In this document: in pieces, positions 12,340 to 26,413 of the stretch | How positions within the stretch are numbered: position 1 is the stretch's first letter | How the letters are laid out: the number at the start of each line of letters is the position of its first letter | From: Epiperipatus broadwayi | Taxonomy: Eukaryota > Animalia > Onychophora | NCBI GenBank assembly: GCA_028023455.1 | Contig: JAQFVV010000002.1 | Location: 6,262,001 to 6,326,000 of the forward strand | Direction of reading: 5' to 3' | Length of the DNA: 64,000 nt | Made by a program: the position numbers and the translations under genes | Notes under the pieces: model-generated | Told to the model about the DNA's origin: nothing | What the model saw: only the letters and a program-made list of their open reading frames with translations | Databases searched by the model: none

Positions 12340-14750
12340 GATTCAGATTGTCTGGAAAGTTAGACAAATATCTGGACAGAGTTCATTTCTTTATGGCCTC
12401 TACTAAAATAAACTTAGATATTCTGGTAAGCATGTATAATACTGTTATGTTAAAATCACAAACAGTGCTGGCACATTCCTATGATCTTAAATCTGAAAAG
12501 ATAGTAGAACTTCTAAATGCATATTTTGAATCTTAGCAACTAATTATAGTGTAAAATTATAAATTCATTCTATCCAATGGAGAGGATAATGAAAAACAAT
12601 TATGTAGCTGAACACTGAAAGATGTTTTTTGGCATCTAATGCTTAAAGATCATTTTATATGTAATAAACAAAACCACAAATTGAAAATAAAGTTATTTAT
12701 GGATTCCAGCATAACATTTGAATCAGCCATTTCTCAAGTATCCCAGGAAAAAACAATAAAAAACTTTGGCTTGAAATAAAAACTAAAATATGTATGATTC
12801 AACAAAATACAGTCAAAAAACAAATGACAGGACTGGTGTAACTGTGAATAAACAGTATATAAAATTTCAGGCTGTAAAACAAAAAAGATAATGTCACTAT
12901 AATAAACCACACATTGCCACCCAATATCCATATTTTGCCAACAAAATGTGCATAGTGATGCTGCTTCTTTACCATGAAAAATAGCCTGTGAAATATAAAT
13001 CAAAGCAGGCAATTAACTAACAAAGAATTAAATGTAAAAATACTTAAAGAGTGATCGAAAATGTCATCAATTAACACATAAATAATCATTAATGACACGT
13101 CCACAATAATGAAAATTAATACTGACTCTGTTGTATATATTATTTCAAAAAACTGTTGGGTAAAAATAAATAAAAAAATCAAAAAGCTATCTTCCATCTG
13201 ACCTCAAAATTATTATATGACTACTACAGCAATTTAATTAAGCTCTTGAAAGAAACAGAAGTGATAACCTTCAAAGAGGCTCTAAATATCTTCAGTTGCA
13301 TCTACTTGTATTCTTTAAGCTGCATCTCAACTTAATGAACTCTAATTAGTTCAAATTCCTGATCTGTTTTTTTAGCCAGTGTGAATGAAGTCTCTATAAA
13401 TATTGCAAATTTTAAAAAAGATATGCCAAATTGTATGAACTATGTTTGAATTGTTATTAAGGAATCTTCATTTATTTATGTTTAAATATAAATATGATTA
13501 GCTGTAAATATTGCTGCATTAACCTTTGCATTAAAAAATAAGAATTTTTGAAGAGTTGAACAGGCTTTATGCCAGTGAGATTATTAAACCAATATTTGCA
13601 TTCTGAATGAGTTATGTCTATAGCATCTATTATTAAAAAGAACTGAAATACATATTTTCCAAGATTATTGTTGCACAATCACTTTATTATTACCCCTTCT
13701 CAATCTTTGCTTGAACTAATACTCTCTATTTTAACAAACAGTAGAGGGTTTACAAAAATTAACCTCAGGCATCCTTACCTCCAACTACAAATAGATAATA
13801 CAGTATGAAATGGTGTCTTTATTTATGCTATGAAGCTTTATAAAATCAATGGATTATCATTTGGAATCTTAGTAACTCCAGACATATTCCAGCAAGATAA
13901 ACATGCTACTGAAATGCCAGATACAATTCTCTATTTTTGGTGACTTCCTCCTAGTAACTAAAAGGCAATTTTAGAAGCTCTCCAGAAAGCTTTTTAAATA
14001 AATTTAAGAAAGCATGAATTAAAATAAATGTTGATAAGGGTATATTCAAAGTCAAGAAATAGAATTTCTTGGTTATAAAGTAATAAAGCAGGAAATATTT
14101 CAAATCAAAGGTAAATTAAATACTTTATTGAAAGTGATAACCTCGATAAGCAGAAAAAAAGTTTCATTCTGGAACTTTTTAATTATTATGAAAGTATCAT
14201 TTAGCTCAAAACTGAAGCTTCCAAATCATTTTACCCAGATGATGAAGCTGCTCCCAATTTGAAAAAAATTATTAACCAAATTCACATGGGTTAAACCATT
14301 ATAATCCAAAGATAGAGGTGGTGCTTACATATGTCAAAGTAGTTTTAGTTTACTGTAGTAAATATAGGCATGATCTATCATTGCATTTACATCTGTCATG
14401 ATTGAAGTTGAAAAATATTATTTTCATATAAGCTAGTTTTGGCATTAGTTGCTGATATTAAAAGAATCTACCACTATGTTTATGGAATATCATTTGTATA
14501 ATAAATGAACCATGAACTATTACTAGGCATATTTAATACTAAAAACAGAATCTACCACTATGTTTATGGAATATCATTTGTATAATAAATGAACCATGAA
14601 CTATTACTAGGCATATTTAATACTAAAAACAGGTTTTCCACAGCATGTCTCATTTTACAGGCAGAGATAGTTCAATATTTTGAATACATATTATTTTAAA
14701 ATTTAACATATGAGAGGTAAAAAAATCTTTCATGTTAATGCACCCAATCA
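12340..14750 (+). mobile_element. Decayed Ty3/Gypsy LTR retrotransposon internal region (gag, protease, RT, RNase H)
   Basis: Gag-like ORF 12348-12536; IMKINTDSVVYIIS (protease DTG-like); FTKINLRHPYLQLQID and GLSFGILVTPDIFQQ (RT); HYVYGISF...LLGIFN (RNase H). Many stops; no LTRs seen. Confidence 0.75.
14463..14630 (+). repeat. Exact 2 x 84 bp tandem duplication inside the Gypsy RNase H remnant
   Basis: agaatctaccactatg...tactaaaaac starts at 14463 and again at 14547. Confidence 0.95.
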
Positions 14751-15805
14751 ATTTCCTGATAACATTAATTTGTAATGGGAGAAGAGCAATTAATTAATGT
14801 AATTGACATAATAATTAGTGACCAGAAAAATAGTAGCTCAGTGGATAGCAAATGATCCAGGGTATCAACTTCTGAACAAATATGCTCAAGGTATAAATAA
14901 TTTAAATATTTCATAAACTGATTAAAAAAGCATGAAAAATTTAATTGTCTATATAATTATATGACAAAAGGTTTTGTATTTAAAAAAATTGAAAAATAAG
15001 TTGTTGATTAAAAAACAAAACTGGAAACGAAACTAAAAATTGAGCTGTCTTTTTGACTACATTTTAATTTAGATGCTTATGATATAAAAAGTGTTTCAAA
15101 ATATTACTTATAAATACATTACATTTATTTGCAATGCAAACTGAATTTAATCTCACTTCATTTGGTTTATCGATGAAGAGTCAATTTTCATTTTGTATAA
15201 TGGAATAATCATTTAGTATTAAAATAATAATATAATGGAAACATTTTCAATTAATGATGATGATTTCTTTCCATTTTCAATTAATGAAGATGATTTCAGT
15301 GTACAGATTTCTTTATTTCACAGTATTTAATATAGTAATTAGCTATGAATATCTAAAAAAATATTATGTATGATTATTTAATAAACTTCTCCAGAAATTT
15401 ATTATTTCTTTCTTCTGAGTATTGTGAAATTTTTTACAAATTAAAAACTATTTACAAAACATGCACGTATTTTCCTTTTTGTGGAAAGTAGTCTGTGGGG
15501 GGGGGGGGGGATATTCAATTCCAGTCAAATAGCATCCAAACATTTAGAGTAAAAAAAATGCAAATAAAACTTTAAAAATAATTTCTCCACCTGCTACAAA
15601 TTAATGCATTTCAGTGGACAAAAATAAAATTCCACTCAATTTGTGTATTGGCCAACTAAAATTAACATTAATAACCCCCCTAGGGTGGATTTGTTTTGGG
15701 TTTTTAAATCAAATTCTTTGGTTTTCCACTTTAAAATTGTTTTGTTTGTATAATTTTTAATTCTTCCAAATGTTTTAAAGATGGCCACCACCCTTAACGG
15801 CAAAA

Positions 15806-17560
15806 ATGTGCAAAAACCTAATTTACAAACAACAAAGACCTTCAATACTTCCAAAAATTTTATTCAAATTAAATTTCAAACAAAATTCAACTAAAGAGAC
15901 CATAGAACCTAATTCAAGGTCTCCATCTCCTTGCCCTCTGGATTTTCCTCCTTTACAGGCTGAGACTTGCCCTATCAAAGGAAAAAAGCAATCCAAAAAG
16001 AACAATCCAACCAATCATAATGCTGCTCCAAGTATAACTGGGAACACTAAAAATTCCTCACTTACTGGGGAAGAAAATCAGCCTGTTATATCTAAGCATA
16101 ATTCAGAAATCTCATCCATCTCTGAAACCTCAAAACTTAACACATAATAATCACTCCAAAGTGGATGTTATTCATGATTCCCCATTTCAATCTACCAGTC
16201 TGCCAACATTACCACCACTAATATCAGTCACATTATGGAGCTATCCTTTATTAACCATCCTTCCATAACTAGCTCCCTAAAACCACAGTGTCATCGATTT
16301 TTCCTACACTCAGGCCAGCAGATCCAGCACTTTATCAAATAATCCCAATATAACCACACCACAAATATGCTAAGCTAAATTCCTTCAAGTCTGTGGGGCC
16401 TTGATGAGGACTACCCTAACAATCACCAATCAGCCATCCCTGCAACTCTCATTCCTAATAAACAACTCACACTAGAGAATCACACTGTAATCTCAGACAA
16501 TTTAATCACACAGTTTCACCACTTCTCAAGGCACTTCATTGCTACCAGAGTAACACTTCAGTCATTCTGGCAGTTATAGATTTAGAATATAGAATCCCCA
16601 AATTTCCAAAACAGCAACTCTATGACCTTAATAAACTTCACAATATAACTGGTAGTATACATAAAATCATCACCCTTTCCAATGACGGACACATTGCAAT
16701 AAAGTTTCACAATACAATACAAAGGTAAGCCTTCAAATATAGATTTCAAATTTTTACACAATCTGTTCCTGGTTGCAATAGACACCAATAGGCCTTCTAT
16801 ATTTAGAAGGTTTATCAAAATTGTCACATAGGAATGGAAAGGCAGCAGCTACAGAAATATCTTGAGGCATTTGGAAAGTGATCTCATTTGAGCACCTTAG
16901 GGATCCTCTCACCAATGGCCTCACCTTCATGAACACAGCATCATTTCAATTCTTTCTAAAAAGGTCTCTCTCCTGAATGTATTCCCACAGTATAGCAGCA
17001 GATCTATCACCATTAATCATTTCAATCAAGAAGATCAGATAAACAATGTTTCATCTGCAAAGACTGCAATCAACTCATTCGGGACTGCCCTCTAAAGAGA
17101 TAAAACTCTTGCCAGAAAAAAGGTCTAAACCACATCTGTGCTCCATGCAGCTCCAACACACATGAGCTTTCTTCCTCAGTTGACCTCTAACCTCCATCTG
17201 ATGCTTCCTCAACTTTCAGCATTCAGCCACCATCATACCTTTCAGCAAGATTCCAGCACCCTCTGGGGCACATAATTTCGAGTTCACTCACAGCCCACCT
17301 CTCCCTGGTACAACTGCACCACAAGACCCTCTCTTCTTGATAGAAACATTCCACTAATTCAAACTCAGAAAATATCCTGACTACCAATTCTGGCCCTTCC
17401 ACCACAAGCAACAAACCTCAAAAGCATGCACACCCTAACACATCAGATAGTGACAACAATTCTGACAGACAGAACACATCATTGACATTCCCAGTGAAGC
17501 CATGATGGAATCTTTTCTTGAACGCAGGACAAGTCTCAGACACACAGAACATATGAGGGA
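15806..17560 (+). pseudogene. LINE ORF1 pseudogene (Ser/Pro-rich N-terminus, CCHC knuckle remnants)
   Basis: Track ORF 15806-16147 (RSPSPCP); CKDCNQLIRDCP at ~17057 and CAPCSSNTHELSS at ~17138. Confidence 0.65.
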
Positions 17561-17799
17561 AAAAAGTGTGCTTTGAGTGGGGAATGCTCTGGTTTCAACT
17601 TGAGCCTCATTGGTCTCCTCACTTCACACTCTCTCACCATCCCCTGTTAAAATTTTCTTGGACAGTGGATCATCAAGTGACATCAAGAGAGAATTGTTGT
17701 GCAATTCTGGCAGAAGAAAGAACTGTGTAGCTTACTTTTTTCCCAGCCCCGTACAATCTCCATTTTCCTGCTGTTTCTACATTATCTTGAAGTTACCAT

Positions 17800-20700
17800 A
17801 TGCTTATCTCTGTTGTTGGTTTAAACATTCAGAGCCTAAATTCAATCTACAGGCTCCTCAAACACTGGTTTGAACTCAACTCTCCTAATGTCCTCTTCCT
17901 TTCCAAAACTAACCATAGGATTTACTCCACTTTATCCACCTTCAGTTTATTCACCTATTTTACCATATTGATGTCTGCTGGATGCCCACTACAATATTTT
18001 TCATATGCTCACCCTATTATCTTAGAGGTGCAATTTGGGTTCTTCAAAAGTTTTATGATTTATTTATATCTGCCCTCCAATGACATCCTCATTAAATCTA
18101 TTATTCATTGAATCAACTATATCACAGCTGCTGCTTCCCTTCCCATTCTTCTGGGTGACTTCAACATAGGATACCAGTACTTTACACACAAATATCTATA
18201 TCTATCTCCAGGGGCTATGGGTGGCTGAAGCTTTTTCCCAGCCCACATATACTCTTTCTACACCCATAAGCATCAGACCTCATTGATTTAACATTTTACT
18301 CTCCTGATCTCCATTTCTACTTCACCTAATCTTTCTCAGATCACAAAGCATTACATCTTTCCCTTGACTTTGACTCTGGTCCTACAGCAAACTTTGGCCT
18401 CATAAGAGCAATATGATTTCTCAACAAACAAAATACATAAATAGCACTGCTTTCAGAATTTTACATATATCTTCATAAAATCAATATCCTTCAAATGGAG
18501 CCCATCTCTGCATAGATGGTATTTGTAGAAATCCTGCAAGCTGCCATCCATAAATACAAGTGAAATTCCTGAGGGTTGCTCATGTTGAAGGCTGCAATAG
18601 ACAAAATTTCAGAGCAATTAAATGATCAGGAGAATAGGTCATTAGACATTAGCACCATCATTCAACTGAAACTTCAATACTGTGATGCTCAAAGGGCCTT
18701 GGCCAAGTATATCTAAGTCAAATGTACTTGGAGGTGTGTAGAGAATCAGCATTGTTGGACCAGAAGTTATCTGGAATGGGTTTTTGGATCCCACACAAAA
18801 CAAACCACCCCTCATCCATCACAGTCAGCAGCAAATTGTACATAGGTCAGGAATTGCTCCTTCTTTTGAGAAATCATTACAATCAATGCTTTTCAAGGCT
18901 GACATTCCTTCTTTCACTACACCATCAACCTCAAATATGAACTCTGATCTTGGTGTCACTCATCCTGGTGTCACTCAGGCTGCACTGCTCAAACTGAAAA
19001 GCTTCCCTGACTACATCCACACTGGTTCTCATGCTATCCCCAAGTTCCTCCTTATTCACCTCAGTGAGTTCACCACCCTCATCACTCTCAACATGATTAA
19101 CAAGCTAGTTTCAGGCATTTACATCATCGAGGGTCTATTTGGCTGCATTGGTCCCTTTCCTTAAGAAAGATTGGTTGCCCACTGAACTCAAGAGTTGTAG
19201 GCCTATTTTGATGACCCTTTTGCTCATAAAACTTATTGTCTACCATCAAAGAGTTACCAGAACAATTCATAATCTCTGTCCTTTCAGTCTCATGGTTTGC
19301 TTGTAAGGGGTGCTCCACTCTTGGGGCTGCCACACTCTTTAAAATTATCACTGAGCATGTAAGATGATCTCAAAGAGGCAGGCCCATCACTGTTCAGCTG
19401 GACATTTGACTCTGTCAGGGTCAACCTGCTCCTTGGCATCCTTAGTGATCTTAACATTCCAGAGGCCCTCATGTCCAACCTCCACAATCTGTTCAACAGA
19501 ATCCTTGTTACCCTAGATGGGAAAGTTGCCACTGGCTTCACACCTAATGTATCCATTTTTCAGGGCTTTCCATTGAGCACATTGCTATTCACACATTTCT
19601 GAATCCCCACTTGCTTAGGCTAGAACATGACCTCCCTGGAATCCTCATTTATGGGATGGGAAAAAGCATCAATAAATACCTTGTTTACATAGACAATATC
19701 ATCTTCCTTCCCTTGATCAATCTCCTCCCCAAGCTTCAAAAGAACCTCACCTGGTACACTGAAATACACAAGCTGGAATTTAGCAGTGACAAATCATCAG
19801 CCTGGCAACTTTCTTCCAGTAAACAAATCCCTTCTACCTTTAATGCCAAGCACACAACTTCCTCAGATTCCCCCTCATGTTACCTCCCAAGAACATGAGG
19901 ATGCCAAACTGCATTGTATCAAAACATATCCACTAGCAGCACTGTTACAGGCATCTACCTCCCCTTTATGGGAAAATCACCCTCTTCAATCTTCTAGGGT
20001 TTTTCGAAGATAGCATATTACATTTCCATCATTCTATCTACCCAGTCCTTCATATCCAAAATCAAGGTCCTTTGCACCCATTTCCTCTGGGCCAAAAGGT
20101 GGTGACCACCAGCCTAAAAAAGAACTGTTTTTCTAAAAACCTCAATGGGCTGGGCCTGCATTCCATCAACACTCTTCTGATCCAGAACTCACAATATTAT
20201 TCTCACACTCATAAATCACTTTTCTGCCAATCTAGTAAATATCATCACTCCCATCAACATTCCTCCTCCCAATGGCAGACTCAGGTCACGAACCTCACTC
20301 ATTGCCAATATTCTACAAAAGGCCATCTGGGGCAATTTTAAAGTACTGGGAGGTTTTCAACCAGACCATAGACTTCTCCATAGTCTCCCCTATATTCCTC
20401 AAACTTGCCAATGCTCAATTAATCCACAAACTCAAAAGGTGGTCCCTCAAGACAAAATTCCTTAATTTCCTTTTCAAACTCAACCTTCACTCTTTTCCCA
20501 CTAATCAATTTTTGGTTAACCATAGGGGTTTCACCAAGATCTTTCCCCTATGTCAGCCCTGTAAAACTGACAATGAAACCCTCCATCCTTTTTTGCTTAG
20601 AGTTAGATGTGTCATCAACACCTGCCTTTCCTTGCACTGGAACACTGTGTTTATTCTCTGAGGAGCCATCAAAACAGGGATCCTTGCAACTCCAAGGATC

Positions 20701-21024
20701 CATCGAAACAGGGGTCTTTGCAACTATCAGACTATCAGTTTTCTCATCTATGCACTCTGGCTGCTTCGATGTGCTATTATTTTTGAGCAGAGAGTACACT
20801 CAGTGATTCAAAAACTATTGGATCTAACTCTCTCAAAACCAGATACCAAACTAGTACACCTCTGCTCCTCACAGACACCTGGGCAATCCTACAACTCCCA
20901 TCATCTCAGCCTCTGTCACAGGACTCTTCCAATTAAATGTTTGCAACCCGTGCCATCACTTGCTCTATGTGGATGTCTTGGCCTAAAATACATAGCATTT
21001 CACATCTGTATTCTTCCCTTTTGA
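17800..21024 (+). pseudogene. LINE ORF2 pseudogene (APE endonuclease, RT, zf-RVT/CCHC)
   Basis: GLNIQSLN...NVLFLSKT, LLGDFN, SDHKAL (APE); TFDSV, QGFPLSTLLF, VYIDNII (RT); GLGL; CQPCKTDNETLH. Fragmented across many track ORFs. Confidence 0.85.
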
Positions 21025-22365
21025 CCATGTTGTTCCTGAATTTCATTTTATCAGGTAATCACTTCTTTGTAAACCTTTTTTTAACTGTATTCTTTTGATG
21101 AATATACTTTCATCACTGAGAAAAAAAATTAATGGATTTCTTATTCTTAGAAAATAGGATCTCTAATTGTACACTTATTTTAAAGTTGTTTATCAAAATT
21201 CATTGTCCATAATAGTTTGTATTATCTTTAATAACATTTTTGTACAAATACTTTATTAGAATATCTGTAGTTTCAAAGCAGTATAATTTCTCCAATAGTC
21301 TGAATATTTTAGCATACATTATGCATGTATATAGATATTCTGGAGAGTATTAATGAGGGATAGATTTACTCATATGTCATTTGACAAAAATTACATTAAA
21401 TTTACAGAATATTATTTACAATCAACTAAATAAATAATTTTATACATATCTGTGTCAACAGTATAATTTTCAAAGATAGTCTTATTGCTTCCATCACCTT
21501 AAAATAATTATCTTTCTAGCGACAATTGCAATCCTCCTTGACTTACATCACTCATTATTTTAAGACTTTTCTCTTCATTTCTGTGAATCAACAACTAGTG
21601 TAGTTGCTGAATTGATAGGTGAATTAGAGGATTACTTATTTCAGCTAGATCAATTCATTTGTCTCCTTTTGTTTTGGGGACTCTGCATTTTGGATTATAG
21701 TGATACTTACATTGATTTTCTAATGAAATGTTTATTAACTTATTCTAATATACAATCAAATGATTGTTATGACTTCTCATTTGCTATCCAATAATCAACT
21801 TAATAAATTATTATTAATCTTAATGATTTTAATATTATCTTCAATATCTCATCAGAATATCTTGTATTCATACATTCTCTCTAATTTAAAATTTCTTCTT
21901 ATCAAAATCATATTTTGTCACATTTTTATTACACATTAACACTAGCATGCATAAAGAAATACTAATGCATTAGTATTTTACACACATCTTTTTAATAAGA
22001 TATACAAGGACAGAAATGTGTTGCAATTAATTGTTCTACTATCTTTTGACCTAGACCATTTAATCAGTGTGATAAGATCATCTTAATATATTTCACATGT
22101 ACTTCCTAGAAAAAAATCTTTAAAATACAGTGACACAAAAACAGTTCCATTATTTGACAATTTAATCTCAAGGTATCTCAACCATGAGAGTATTTTATTT
22201 AAAATTTTTATAGTGTCTTAGCTCACTAATTCCCAGAATAAGAATAATAATTTAGTATGGAATCTAATTTTGTGGACACAAAGAACACAATGACTCAGAT
22301 CTCAAGTTATATAATTGTATATTCAAGTTAATATATACAAGTATAATATATATGCATATATGAGT

Positions 22366-22978
22366 CAAACGCTATTCTAATTTACTATAACCTGACCACA
22401 GCTAATTAGCAGTAAAATAAATTTGTTCACTTGTTAAGTCTATTCATTAATAGTACTATATTAAAGGCAGCACTTTTACTTTTTCTACAACCACCATCTT
22501 TTAAGCCTGGCAACCCTTAAGACATTTAAAATAATAAGATAGTGATGATCTGCTATGATCCTAGTCAGCTTATTGATCTTCAGGAGCCAAGATCCTGGAA
22601 ATAATATGCTCTTTCTGGTTTCTTTTGCTGCTTCATACTTGTATTACAGTTGCCTTGAAGGTAATGAAGAAGAATACATGTTGCTTTTCAACCCAGTTTT
22701 TATACTTTCAGTCTTGTTTCTGGAGTAATTAAGCTCATTGGGGAAAATCTATAGTGGAGAGTGTATTGTCAGATTAATTTTGCCTCTATAAATTTAATTA
22801 GTATTTTAAGTTGTATCTGATATTTATTTTTTCCTTCTGATAATAATTATTGTACACAATACATTTAATTAAATAGTTTATATTACAGCAATTTGATTAA
22901 TCTTATTCTGGCTATATATTATTTATCTATTTTATTGATTTATTTCCTCTCTCTGTAAATTAATTTCAAAACTTATGT
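22366..22978 (+). repeat. Dispersed repeat family Y (~620 bp); other copies at 29190-29835 and 33410-34050
   Basis: Shared ctattctaatttactataa...cagctaattag...aaggcag.acttttac...gatctg.tatga..c...cagcttattgat.ttcaggag...; no coding signal. Confidence 0.85.
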
Positions 22979-22995
22979 AAGTTTTTTTATTATAT

Positions 22996-23178
22996 ATATA
23001 TAAAATACATATTTTGCGGGTTCATCCATGTTAAAAACTTTTAATATTAATATACTGACGTTTCGACTTGTGTGACCAAGTCGAAACGTCAGTATATTAA
23101 TATTAAAAGTTTTTAACACGGATGAACCCGCAAAATATGTATTTTATATATTTAACCCGTGCAAATCTTCATTTTAAC
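22996..23178. mobile_element. Near-perfect palindrome (75-bp arms, 6-nt loop) derived from a Penelope-like pLTR end, in (TA)n
   Basis: Arms 22996-23070 and 23077-23151 with one mismatch; loop TGTGAC; tail ttaacccgtgcaaatcttcattttaac, then (AT)n. Same family as 60979-61517. Confidence 0.9.
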
Positions 23179-23599
23179 ATATATATATATTTCAATAATA
23201 GTACCCTTGCTCCAGAAAACAGGTTATGTTTTACACATAATATTTTACATTGGGACATGGGTAATTTAAATTTTTCTGTTGGTTTCATGAGTACCTTGTT
23301 TTGCATTTCTATTATTGCTTCAACTTCATAACATTTTAACTGAGTCTGTTGTTTCTCTTGAATTTCTTCATTATGTACTACATTAACTATTTCTTGTTTT
23401 CACAGGTTTTGCTGGTTTCTATCTGTTATTTCTGCCCCAGGAAACTAAGCATCTTCTATAACTTGTCAGTGGTCAAGGTGTATGTGGCTCTAATATTCTG
23501 TTCCACTCTGTATTTGAATGATTACAATATGTTTAGATAATTTACTGGATTATATTTCCAATTCATTTCTTTTTGGTCAGATCGCATACCAAAACTTTA

Positions 23600-26413
23600 T
23601 CATCTACTTTATATATGTTAACTTCACTATCATACTGAAAATATTTGTCCATTTTTGGGGATTAACATTGCTAGTTTTATATGCAATTTCTTACCCATCA
23701 GCAACTCCATTGGGGAATTCTCTGTAATCATTGATAACATGAAATGATGTAGCATAGCATCATATAAAGCTTGTTGCATGTTGGTATTACTAGTCTTTCT
23801 CAGAGCCTTTTTAGTTTGTTGAATGGCTACCTCAGCTAGGCCATTCAATTCAGGTTAGTATGGGAATGCACGGATATATATGTCTTTTTTTTTAGAAAAA
23901 ATCTTTCTTTTCTTGAGCAGTGAATCCAGTGCCATTATTGAAAAACAATTATTTCTTGTAATCCATTGCATGAAAAACTGTATTTAAATTTTGTAATTAC
24001 ACCAGCACTCATATTTTTCATGATGCAATGCTTGGCCCATTCATAATATGCAACTACAAGCATGAGAAGAATTTCCTTATTGATTGGGCCTGCTTAGTCC
24101 ATATGAAGTCTCTGTCAGGGTTTAATTGTTTTAGGTCATAGTATATATTCCTTAGGTTTTAAACTCATTTGAGATAAAACTATGCTAATGGTTTTGTATG
24201 CATAACTCATAACTCTAGGGCATCCTTCATGCAATAGCCCTATAACTTTCTCTCTATCCTCTCTTGGTTTTTACTATCCTATTTTCCATTAAAACACAAT
24301 CCTTACTGACTGATAAGTTGTCAATGTTGATAATTTATTTCTCCACTGCAACAAAGCAGACTCATATGGTCAAGCACTAGCTTATCATTCACTAATATTC
24401 CTAGTAATGGCTTGTGAACCATTAGTACATAAAAAGGTCTACAAAATTTATATTACTGAAATAGGCTTCTTTGTCAGTCTGGCTACAGTTTCTTTCAGCT
24501 TTAAAAAGTATCCTTGATGCATAGTCTATGGATTGTTCACCATTATAACATGAATGACATAAACTGCCACACATCCCATTCTGAAGCATCTGTCATAAAG
24601 CACACTCTGAGTTTATTATATAAATGAATCAGTAATGTATCCAAGGATAGCAAGGTTTTAGTTGTATAAAAGTTTCATCATATATTTTTAACCACAGCCT
24701 CTTTGGATTTTTCTTTATTAATTCATGCAGAGGTTTGACGACTTTAGCCTTATTCTGTAAAAAACGTTTGAAGTAGTTTATAAAATCAAGGAAAGCAATG
24801 GTAATTTACCCTTGTTGAAGATTATATTTCTTAGGAATACTAATTCCTCCTTATTTCATATACTTTTCTGAGCATTTAACTTGATTCTAAATCTAAAATT
24901 TCTCACATACTTTAAACTAGCTTTGATGAATCATCTCTTCTGAGTATGCTATTATAAGTATGTCATCAAAGTAAGGTATTATTCCATCTAATCCCTGTTA
25001 AAAACATTTAATTTTTTGCTTAAAATATATTCAGTGTTAGCTGATTGTATTTAAATAATCACACATGGATTATTAGCTATAATATTTCTGCTGAATTGTC
25101 TGTCACTGGCATTTAATGAAAAGCAGAATTTAAATAAGGGGGCATATCCATTACTTAATGTGAAAGGGGTATTGGTCAGACTGAAAAATGCAGTAAATTT
25201 CATCAAACTGTATGAAACTGGATCTTAAGTTTTCAGATTGACCTATACCTCTCTCACATATTACCTAAATACTTTATTTACTATTAATCTATAATCACCA
25301 CATATTCTGATTTAATGATTGGGTTTTGTTATTATGACTATAAGCATGTTCTAATTTGTGTTTTAATCAGTGTCAGTTCACCCTTATTGCCCAATTCTTG
25401 AATTTTCTCCTTGACTTTTGTTTTCTATGTGAATGAGATTTTTTGCAGTTTACACACAACCATATATGTGTTTCTCATTTACTCATAGTCTACTGGGCTT
25501 GTTGATATCATACTCAATTCCTCATTAAATAAAACTGGATATATATTTTGAAATTTTTTGTTCAAGGAAATTTTTATTTACTATACTAATTTGAATTCCT
25601 ATTGCATAGAGTCATTCCTTTCCTATTATAAGGCTATTTTTTCCTTTTTTATGTATACATCAGTAATTTAATTATATTTTCATGGTATCTAATTGGTCAC
25701 TCCAGTAATTTCAGTGCATTTCCACTCATATCTTGAGTCTTAATCTCTGTTTTTCTATTTTAATGTTAGCATCAGCAACTGCTAGCACACTTCACTCTTA
25801 GACATTATAGATATACTTGAGCCACTATCTATTTCCATTGTCATATATTTTTTACAAATTTGAAATTTCATCCTAAATTTCTGCAATCCCTGAACTTCCA
25901 TGTTTTTACAACATGTATGTTAAAGGTTAATTTCCCTTTTTTCTGCATCTGACTTTTCTCTTGGCTTTCATTCACAAATTTTTTAAATATGGGTTTTCGA
26001 GGATTAATATATCTTTTATCTGTCTTAAAAACTTGCATATTAATACTATCTTCAGATTTAGTTTTAAAAGCATGTGTTTGTTCTACATTTAGCTCATAAG
26101 TTATTTCTTTCTTAGGAGTAATTTCATAAGTTAGATCAGTCTCTATTAACAGTTCCTGTCTGAGCATGTCAAAAACGTTGTGATTTAGACTTCAATTTAT
26201 ACAATTTAGTATACACATTAATATATGCAAGTATAATATTATACCAGTCGAAAATGTATGCTCACACAACAAGACTCAAAAATCAAGCAAAAATACATTG
26301 AATCTGATCATGCTCCGAGATACACAGGTCTGGAGCAATCCTGAATTCTAACCTATTAGCTTGTTCTTCAAATCTCTGACCCTATGAACAACAATACTGA
26401 TAATACAGCGCCA
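23600..26413 (-). mobile_element. Decayed Ty3/Gypsy retrotransposon (PBS, gag, PR, RT, RNase H, integrase)
   Basis: Minus strand: gag ORF 25868-26167; MEIDSGSSISIMS (PR); IRICGDYRL and YFDDILI at 24962-24973 (RT); DAS and YASRILFKAERNCSQTDKE (RH); AGPINK and NGLAEVAIQQTKKAL (IN). The PR-RT-RH-IN order is that of Gypsy. Confidence 0.9.
26404..26413 (-). promoter_or_regulatory. Primer binding site of the Gypsy element (tRNA-Ser-like)
   Basis: The minus strand reads TGGCGCTGTA just upstream of gag, complementary to a tRNA 3' end ...ACAGCGCCA. Confidence 0.6.

Larger units (their letters stand above)
15630..21123 (+). mobile_element. Full-length (~5.5 kb) decayed L1/Tx1-clade LINE with A-tail and ~10-bp TSD
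   Basis: C-rich sense strand; ORF1 with zinc-knuckle remnants; ORF2 with APE, RT and C-terminal CCHC motifs; A-run at 21121. TSD-like aaaaataaaa (15620-15629) / aaaaattaat (21124-21133); the empty site is visible at ~37760. Confidence 0.88.
15040..22200 (+). repeat. Copy of local dispersed repeat family X (15040-15629 and 21124-22200), split by the L1 insertion
   Basis: The flanks align collinearly with the uninterrupted copy at 37270-38830 (e.g. cagtggacaaaaa...ggattt...ctctaattgtacacttatttt). Confidence 0.85.

Noticed and set aside
22555-22600. CTGAAGA...GA(AA)C on the minus strand of repeat Y as a hammerhead
   Set aside because: No convincing stem I or II pairing, and the three copies disagree.
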